Shown here piece after piece: positions 48,836-57,033 of a DNA stretch of 57,033 bases. Under the pieces are notes generated by a model, which ran no database searches, had not been told where the DNA came from, and was given only the letters and a program-made list of their open reading frames with translations. The position numbers and the translations under genes are program-made. Where the stretch lies: assembly GCA_001938485.1 (NCBI GenBank), contig MQRK01245561.1:17610-74642 (forward strand), read 5' to 3'. The DNA comes from Girardia tigrina. Lineage: Eukaryota. Each line of letters starts with the position of its first letter. The stretch's first letter is position 1.

Positions 48836-49952
48836 AATCAGCCTATAAACAATCTGAAAATGTCTGAAAGTCGCAAAAAATTTCAATACATATTTGTGGT
48901 GCAAATCTAAATTGCAGAAAATTCAAATGGGGACCCAATCCGCTTTGTAGGTGGAATGTCAATGTTTTGTTTCTGAGAAAATATTTTTAAATAATACAAA
49001 ATTATATAAAAATATTATTTTATTCTAAATTTTGGAATTATTTTTATAATAATTATGAGGGGTTAATTTAAATTTGCATCTCGCCAAAATAATTTATTAT
49101 TTTTTTAATTCAAAATTAAAAATGATATCATAAAGTAACTATTAAAAAATAAAAATAAAATATTACTTATTTAAAAATAAAATGTGTTTTTCAAATATTT
49201 TAAAAATTAAAAATGATATTATAATAAAAGAAAGTTATAAAAAAAATAAATACGTTTTTAAAAACAAAAAAATATATTTTTTAATGTATCCTTTAAATAT
49301 CTTAAAATTAAAAATGATAAGAAATCCATTAAATATTAAATATTATAAATAAAAATATTTTTTCAGTCATAACAATTTATATATTTTAATAGAAGTTATA
49401 AAACAATTTTAAATAAATTTAAAAATAAATTTTTAGTTTTAATGTGAAAATTATTTAATAAATTTGCAAGAATTTAAAAATTGAATCGAAAGAATTTAAT
49501 TGATTAATTTGTGGCGAGATAATTAAATTAACTGAAAAATTTGTTTAAATATGTGAATTGTTGTTATATTAATAAATTTTGGTGTTAAATTATGAGTGTG
49601 AAAGTGGCATAAATGCTACTTACAATAATATTGGAAAACATTTTCTTATTTTTTTTATTTTCTTAATGTTCAATAAATTAAAAAATAAAACTTATAAAAG
49701 AATAGCAAAAAAAATTGAATAAACATTAAAAATATTTTCCAATATTATTATAAAAATAATTCCAAAAATTAGAATATTTTATATGATTTTTTAATATTTA
49801 AAAAAATATTTTCTTAGAAGCAAAACATTGACGTTCCCTCTACAAAATGGATTGGGTCCATTTGAATTATCTGTAATTTAGATATTCACCCCAAATATGC
49901 ATTGAAATTTTTGCGACCCCCAGAATTTTTCACCTGATTTATAGGTTGTTCA
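48836..49952. mobile_element. Long-TIR (foldback-like) non-autonomous DNA element
   Basis: ~210-bp inverted arms 48836-49053 and 49742-49952. A further direct copy of the left-end region lies at 48023-48137 (vs 48731-48873). Confidence 0.75.
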
Positions 49953-50399
49953 TATTTTTAATTTTAACAATTAATATTTTTTAGTAAAATTTAAATCAAG
50001 TGCATTTTTAATAATTTGATGTCATTTTTATTATTTTGGGATTTATTGAAAAATGGTAAAAATTATTATTTTTTAATTTATATTTTTTAAAAAGTTAAAT
50101 ATTTTAAAAAATAACTTAGAAAAATTGTTCGAATAATCATGATTAAAAACAGAATTAAGAAAACCAATTAGAGCGATGGCAAACGATGAAAGACTTTCTG
50201 AGAGTCATAATGACTCTAAATGTAATTGCAATAAAAATTCAAATGTGACTTGTCTAAATGTTCTTAATAACATATAAACAAACGCAACAAATCATGAATT
50301 CCTTTTTTATCAAAACCAATTTTTTTTCCAATGAAAACACAATAAAAAAATATTCCGAATTTCCTTTTGAAAAATAAACAAAATAATTCTTTAATTAGA

Positions 50400-52228
50400 T
50401 ACAGATAATGATAAATTTAAAAAAATATATAATAATTTTGATACGTGAATCCTGAACATTACCCTTGATTTGGGTGCTGCAGGTCAAAATCAAGTCGGCA
50501 TGAGTATGGCCTGTATTAGACTACAGCTTAATAAACGAACATATTCATTGGTATCTGAGTGGAAGTTATGTTAGTAGTCAGTCACAACTGAGAGATTAGA
50601 AAAAATTAGGTTACAACTGCGTTGTGATGAATTTAAAGAAAGCATATTTGCAAGTTAAAGTAAGTTACAGATCTGTTTGAGACAGTCATGTAAAATGACC
50701 AAGGTTATGTGATGACAAAGTTGGGTTTCGGGCTGTCCATTGCACTGAAATTCATGTCTAAGATAGTCGAAACATAATCAATAATAACGATTTTTGCATA
50801 GGAATATATTGATTTCGTGTTTGTTGTAGAAAGGTATTGTAATCGATAAAATGTAGCAAAAATCTTTCAGCGGTTTTATTTTGAGTACAAAACGAAAGAA
50901 AGAATTGGCTTAGATAAAGATGTAAGAATGATTTTACTAAATATGGAAAGGGATTTGCAGTGGAAAAAAGATGAAGAGCTTGTCACTAGAGATCTGGATA
51001 AAGTAACTAGATAAGAAGTACAAGGAATCTTGGGGAAGTAGATAAGTCATGTACCAATTGCGGTATGGTTCGAGTTGCTGGGATAAAGCAGGGCCTAAAG
51101 AGACATTACAGATCGATAAAATTAGTCAGAGGTTGAGGATTGATGGGGATTCTACAACAGGCAATTTGTAATGAATTGTAATCATAATGTGATTATTTGG
51201 ATAAATGTAAGTTGTATAGCAATAGGTATGCTTCTCTGTGTTAAGAGTGACATTATTGAAGGCACTGCATGGAAAAAAGAGGGTGATTTAAACAACATGA
51301 ATATAAGGGAACTGGATGCAACCATTAGGAACCTAAATTTGGCAATCATGAGGCTTTCATAATTTCAAGCTGATGATGGACTCTGCAACAGCATATGGAT
51401 GGTTCATGTTAGTATTCAAGAACACACATAACTAAAAATCCGCTCCTTATCTGAACATCTAGTACGACGAAGACTTGATATCATCAGAGAATTAAAGGAC
51501 CAGGAAATAATGGAAGTGCTACAGGAATTAGTGAAATCTCAGTCTAATTTATTAGATATTAGGACCAGGGTTAAGAAACATAGGCTGAAGAAAAAAGTGT
51601 TAGTTAATGCCATGGAAGAAAATCTCAATCCAAGCCTTGAAGAAATCAAGGAAATACATATTATCTGTCACTTTGGTGTAAACAGAATCTATGAACTACT
51701 AAAATAGAAATATGGGTGTAAGTGTTATTGTTAATTTTTTAATTTTCGAAAATAAGAATTTTGGTTCTTTTTAAATTTCTAATCATAATCAGAATTAAAA
51801 AAAATATATTGAAAAATAAAATTAAAAAAAGACAAATAAAAAATGAAAATTTGTTTAAATACTAAATTGAACATCTTGAATTTTGAATAAATTTTGAAAG
51901 TATTGATTTCTTTTTTTTAATTAAAAATGGAAGTAAATTTATAACCTAACAATCGGGTTAGAACATTCAATTTGGATCAAGTTAAGAAAACCATAAATCA
52001 ATGTGATGCGTGTTCATAGATCTGAGCAGCTCCAAGAAAAAAATTATTAGCTAACAAAGTGTGGTACCAGCTCTATAGCGACTTGACTTATTTCCACGAT
52101 GTTGCATATTTGAAGATAGTTGACTCGCCAAAATTGTTTTGCATTTGGAAAAAGTTGCCTAAGGAATCAACTAAGGAAATTATTTGGCATAAAGATAATG
52201 TATTTTCAGAATTTGGGCTTTATAAACG
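50400..52228 (+). pseudogene. Old Ty3/gypsy-like pol remnant (RT, RNase H, integrase), truncated by the LTR at 52229
   Basis: WINVSCIAIG..IIEGTAW..NIRELDATIRNLNLA (RNase H), EIHIICHFGVNR (integrase HHCC) and WYQLYSDLTYF...VFSEFG (rve start). Confidence 0.7.
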
Positions 52229-53036
52229 TGTTGGGATATCGGTGTTTTATTACAAAATAGAAAATAGAAGAATAAGGTTATTTAATATTTCAAAGTTTAT
52301 TTCAATAATCACACTTTACAAGCTTTACAATTATTTTAGAAATGGTAACTTAAACCTTATGTTGGGAATTTATAATTTGCGATAATGCTGAGAAGAGAAT
52401 TCTCTTTCCCAGATTATTTTAAAGAAATATATAAAGGATATATTATTTAAGTATATAATTATATATTGACCGTACTTCAAATTTGGCGATTCTGATTCTC
52501 GATAATGAACTTTGACTTGACGTAATTTACACTTCACAGTTTTTCTCTCTCTAATTCACTTTTCGTTTCGCTCGCTTTTATATAACTGACTTAAAATAAA
52601 TTAACTCTGCGGGCGGTTAATTTATTCGGCTCTCAAATTCTTTACTTTCGAAATGACCTTTTCTTTTTAAGGTCAATTAATTAATTTTCGATAGTGATCC
52701 TTTTCTTTTCTTTTAAATATAAATAAGTTTCTCTGTTTTTTCTCATCCTCCAATTCAAATTTTCTTTGACTTTTTATACCCTTTTCTTTAATATATAATT
52801 GTCTTTATTTATTTTTTTTAAATATAGTGTTTTCTTTTTATGATAAACATTGTACTATTTAATCTATTTTGTTTCTTCTTTTATTAAATTTTAATTCCAT
52901 TATTTATATATAATTTATATTTTTTTAATATAATAAAAGTAAATATTTCTATTTAACTTTGGGTTAATTTAAACAAAGGTTTTATAAAATGTTTTTATTG
53001 AATAATAAAATTAAATACCATATACCATACTCAACA
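52229..53036 (-). mobile_element. LTR-like sequence (probable 3' LTR of a minus-strand element); right boundary uncertain
   Basis: TGTTGGGATA ... ATACTCAACA inverted termini. On the minus strand there is a TATATAAAA box (52576-52584), AATAAA signals (52296-52301, 52246-52251) and a ...CCCAACA end. It interrupts the integrase remnant exactly at 52229. No clean PPT identified. Confidence 0.55.
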
Positions 53037-53715
53037 TTCATGGGGGGTAATAAAATTTATGCCCCCATAAATGATAAAATAAATCAAAATATACATGTGA
53101 AAGAAATGAGCATATTACAAGATATAGACAGAATGGAATAAATAACATACAAAGATAATATAAGCAAGCACATAATAAATCAATTAATGTCTAATCGTCC
53201 TCTGTCAAATCAATTGATAGTTCGTCGAAAGGATCGATATAGCAAATCGGTTCTTGTTTGATGATAATCTGGGAATCGTTGATCATTCTTTCCGCAGGAG
53301 GCGTGAACCACGGTAGATCCGTGTTCCGCGGGGTTCGACAATATGGCTCATCAATATCCACCTTTTGGAGAGGAGGTGGGGTGGCATGAGGACCACCTTT
53401 CTGTTGACGATGCCAACGATTGTATCGCACGACGTCCTCATCACATCTGAAGTTATCGTTTCCCTTGATAATAGGTATCGATTGATCATTGATGTGCGGT
53501 GGAGTAGCGAGACGCTGTTGGGAGCAAATAACACTTTCAGAAGGCGGAATTAGGGTGAAAGAAGAAGACTGAATATGACATGGTGAAACAATTTTTGCGA
53601 TCTTCTCTGGGTGATGCCCTAGAACACCGTGAGACCAACGTTTTGTTTTAATTGTAGTAGTCTCTTCATATGGGGTCTCAATAACTTTCGGAGTTAGCCT
53701 CTCAAAAACGGCTAC

Positions 53716-54990
53716 TCATGATCCTGATAAAACTTTAAGCTGGTCAGGGGGAGGCGGCGGAGGCATTTCCTCCTCTAATGTAGGTACATACAGTGGATGT
53801 ATGCTCGAATCAAAGGGCGGTAACTCGTATTCGAAATCGCCCAAGGGTGTGAAAAGATCTAAATTGTCCTCCTGCGTTTCAAGGTCTTCCCTAGCCGAAT
53901 GAAAGGAAGTTATATAGGATGCGTCAGAGAGGGCTTTTGCCATCCTCCAATAATTGGTATCCAACCACTCTTCCGCTGTAGATGAGGGTGGACCATTTGT
54001 TTGCGGGGGGGGGGAGTTCTCAAACATCTGTGCAGCAGAAGTAGGAGACAACGTGTCTATCCACCTACTCTCAACCTTCCTGTAAATTCTTAGTAAGGCC
54101 TGCGTATCTTCCCATGATGTATGTAAGCGTGCCTGGATTCGTTCATTTAGGACATCCCACGCTAAGTACTTGAGTCGGTAAAAATTACCGTTGTTACACT
54201 TCTTTAAACCCATGTGCTCAAAAACCTTCGCGGTTGCGGTGTCGCGAATACCTAGTAGCGTGTGCGTTGGGATAGCTAACCCCCTGATTTCCATTTGGAG
54301 GTCATGGCCGACAAGAATATTCCCATATAAGTTCTTATGCAGTTCTGCAATGACTTCATATTCATCTGCACGGCCTATGAGGTCCTTATCCTTTAATCCA
54401 TGACACCCCGTGCACCAGTCTGAAATCCTGGTGCGCGCCCTTACACGGGTGTTCATTAACACTCTACCATTATAATTTAAAAGCGTGATTGCCGCCACGT
54501 GAAATTTATTATTCTCATCCTTGACGAATTCGGCGTCCAAAAATCTTAACCGGGATTGAATTTCTTTTAAAGGCAAGTCTTTCCTTATAAAAGATGCTCT
54601 CTGAGCTACCATTTTTTCGCTAACCTTGAAATCAGAATTAATCTGAAGGTGTGAAAGTCGGCAAAACGGGTTGGGAACGTCGTCCTGCAACAAAAATTCG
54701 ATGGCGAAAACAGCGATTGTGCTGGGCGATGATACGTAAATATCGTTTATCTGTTCTGCTACCTCATCATCCCAATTGTCCGCAATATCGATCGCAATGG
54801 AATGCTTTTTTGGGACATTGATGGAAACTTTTGTATCGCTTATGATAAGAGGTGCCGATACCGCGTGGATGCATAAAGTTACAAGCTTGTAATGGGGGCT
54901 ATTAAAACTAGTGGGAATACTATGACGGTACACACCCATTACGTCCGAAACCCTCCAACGTCGAATAACAGTGGTTTTTACTACTACCAT
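53716..54990 (-). CDS. REXO4/ISG20-like DEDDh 3'-5' exonuclease-domain protein, probably retroelement-borne and decaying
   Basis: 424-aa intronless ORF. Exo I FLDAEF, ITLLNYNGRVL, ISDWCTGCHGL, Exo II ILVGHDLQME, IRDTA, LKYLAWDVLNERIQ and Exo III HTSWEDTQA, followed by a Pro/acidic tail. Confidence 0.8.
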   Translation of the reverse strand: MVVVKTTVIRRWRVSDVMGVYRHSIPTSFNSPHYKLVTLCIHAVSAPLIISDTKVSINVPKKHSIAIDIADNWDDEVAEQINDIYVSSPSTIAVFAIEFLLQDDVPNPFCRLSHLQINSDFKVSEKMVAQRASFIRKDLPLKEIQSRLRFLDAEFVKDENNKFHVAAITLLNYNGRVLMNTRVRARTRISDWCTGCHGLKDKDLIGRADEYEVIAELHKNLYGNILVGHDLQMEIRGLAIPTHTLLGIRDTATAKVFEHMGLKKCNNGNFYRLKYLAWDVLNERIQARLHTSWEDTQALLRIYRKVESRWIDTLSPTSAAQMFENSPPPQTNGPPSSTAEEWLDTNYWRMAKALSDASYITSFHSAREDLETQEDNLDLFTPLGDFEYELPPFDSSIHPLYVPTLEEEMPPPPPPDQLKVLSGS

Positions 54991-56017
54991 CTTTTTATTC
55001 AGATCGTTGTATATATGAGGCGGTTTTGATAATAGTTCGCGGCTGGATATTCTATCACATATAATTCCTCTAAAATTTTGACCAAGCCGGACTGAACGTC
55101 GCGGTAAAATGTATTTCCGTAGTGCATGGGACGGATTGACAACCCAAACAATTTCGTAGTATTGTCCGAAATCGGTTCATTTGGTGTCCAACTGGACGGA
55201 AGGGGTATCTCTATTGGGCAAATGGACTGCTTTTGAAAGACTTGGATGAGCCTATTGTAGTGCCCTACTTATGTCGTGAGTATTTTTATGCACGAACGTA
55301 TTTTTTTATTTGTCTTTGTGGCATGCGATTTTTGTTATTTTTTATGTTTTTTTTTATTTTTGTGAGAAATTTCATTCCTCAGTGGTATGCCGGTTTGTAA
55401 ATTCGGGTTCATCCGACCACAAAATTTCTAATTCAGGTGTAGAGGTAAAAAAATCCTATTCCTGATATGAAAGAAGTTGCTAAATATTTTACCGTTCTAC
55501 TCATGTGGACAATTTTTATATTTGCTCTCTGGTTTATTTTAAGTGTTATTAACATCCGTATCAAGGTTAATGCTCGCTATAGGGTTGAAGAGAGAAAAAT
55601 GTTATTTTTAACATTTTCTCCCTCGAAAGCTAGTCCTGCAAATATTAAATGTTGCATTTTATTTATTTGATTATTGTTGTAATATAATAATATTTCATCA
55701 TTTTCCTTTAACGGATTTGGCCATATTCTTTTAATTTTATTAATTATTTTATTCACTTTAACACAAGGGTGTACCTTATGTATTTTCAAAATTTCCGTCA
55801 TTTGAGGATTTTTATCATTTGTTACTATGGATAGTTCTAGAGGTTTCTGAAAATTCTTATTTGCAATAATGTATTTCCCATATTTTTCTTATCGTTTGAG
55901 GTTTGAAATCATCTCACTGACGAAAGTTCAAAATTTTGCAATAAAAATTTGAATATGTTTAATAATATAAAACAATTACTGAAATCAAAAACTATATTAG
56001 TCTATTAAAACTATGGT

Positions 56018-56371
56018 CATCTCGCCGAAATAATTTATTATTTTTTTTAATTTAAAAGGTAAAATATTTTAATGTTAATATGCTTATTAAATAATCTAAA
56101 ATTAAAAACGATAAGAAAACCATTAAATATTTATTTATAAATAAAAATATTTTTACAGTCATAACAATTTATATATTTTAATAGAAGTTATAAAACAATT
56201 TTAAATAAATTTTTAGTTTTAATGTGAAAAGTATTTAATAAATTTGCAAGATTATAAAAATTGAATCGAAAAGAATTTAATAGATTAATTTGTGGCGGGA
56301 TAATTAAATTAACAGAAAAATTTGTTTAAATATGTGAATTGTTGTTATATTAATAAATTTTGGTGTTAAAA
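56018..56371 (+). repeat. Dispersed repeat, second copy of 49078-49590
   Basis: CATCTCGCC.AAATAATTTATTA ... TTTGTGGCG.GATAATTAAATT ... TTTTGGTGTTAAA is shared. Internal IR ATCTCGCC/GGCGAGAT. Confidence 0.85.
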
Positions 56372-56863
56372 AATGAATTATGATATTGATGTTGCAACCA
56401 CTTCACACAAGTCTATTTAATCACACAGAAAAACTAAAATTTGCTATTACATTTTTACCTTAGGTCGGGTACTTATTGAATAGTTTATGTAATAAAAAAT
56501 ATTATTATTTAAAAACTTAAGAATTTGTATAATGATTTGAAAAGGAATATTATTATATTATTACGGATATGTTTTACTCGTTACCGTTATTATTTCACAA
56601 AAATGTTTATGAATTTACATTCATACATTCTCTAATAAAAACAAAGTGCGAAAACAATTATTGTAACCGTGTAACTTTTATTTCAAGTAAAGATCAGTCA
56701 GAATCATGGTTCATACAAAAACCGATTTCAAAATGCCAGTTTAAAGTTTTTATTTAATAAATATAAAAGTAAAACTTGTAACATTAATTTTTTTATATGT
56801 AAAAGTTCCAAAATTCAACAAAATTAGATATTGATTGAAGTCTACAAAAATCGTAACAAAGTA

Positions 56864-57033
56864 CAGGGTGGCCCAATGGGTACGCAGCCTCTAATTTTTG
56901 CATATTTTAAATCTACTCGTCAAAACGAGTATTTTGATATATAACATGTGAGGTGTAAAAATTCCAGAACTTGACCTTTTTGCGCAATAAAGGTCAAATT
57001 TTGAAACTCAGAATTTTGTTATAAAAATGGATT
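56864..57033 (+). mobile_element. Left end of a Tc1/mariner-type MITE running off the window
   Basis: TA|CAGGGTGGCCCA terminus. Confidence 0.45.

Noticed and set aside
53716-54990. Exonuclease as an endogenised nidovirus ExoN or a bacterial DnaQ transfer
   Set aside because: Motif spacing and context (VGH, IRDTA, LK.LA..VL...IQ...H.S.ED) are REX4/ISG20-type; there are no ExoN zinc fingers or neighbouring viral/bacterial genes.

Overview
AT-rich, repeat-dense eukaryotic genomic DNA. It is an invertebrate metazoan; gene content, base composition and the TE mix would fit a planarian-type flatworm, which is an inference only. There are three assembly gaps (1510-1693, 12571-12796, 15137-15259). 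Three host genes are recognisable: an AJM1-like MYND-finger protein (-), the DCAF8/WDR42A WD40 protein (-, spliced) and intronless ESCRT-II SNF8/Vps22 (+). The rest is a nested graveyard of transposons: Penelope-like retroelements, Ty3/gypsy and Bel/Pao remnants, several hAT elements (three with perfect 8-bp TSDs), piggyBac, mariner/Tc1/pogo elements and MITEs, Merlin-like and Helitron/Helentron pieces, and a 22-bp minisatellite. Most notable: (1) a REXO4/ISG20-like DEDDh-family 3'-5' exonuclease ORF (DEEDh variant) lying just upstream of an LTR-like sequence, apparently cargo of an LTR retroelement; (2) a set of small self-cleaving ribozyme motifs, namely four minimal type-I hammerheads (two in an inverted Penelope pLTR pair), one atypical stem-II-less hammerhead-like motif and a twister-like element. 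All calls are by eye; no searches were run.
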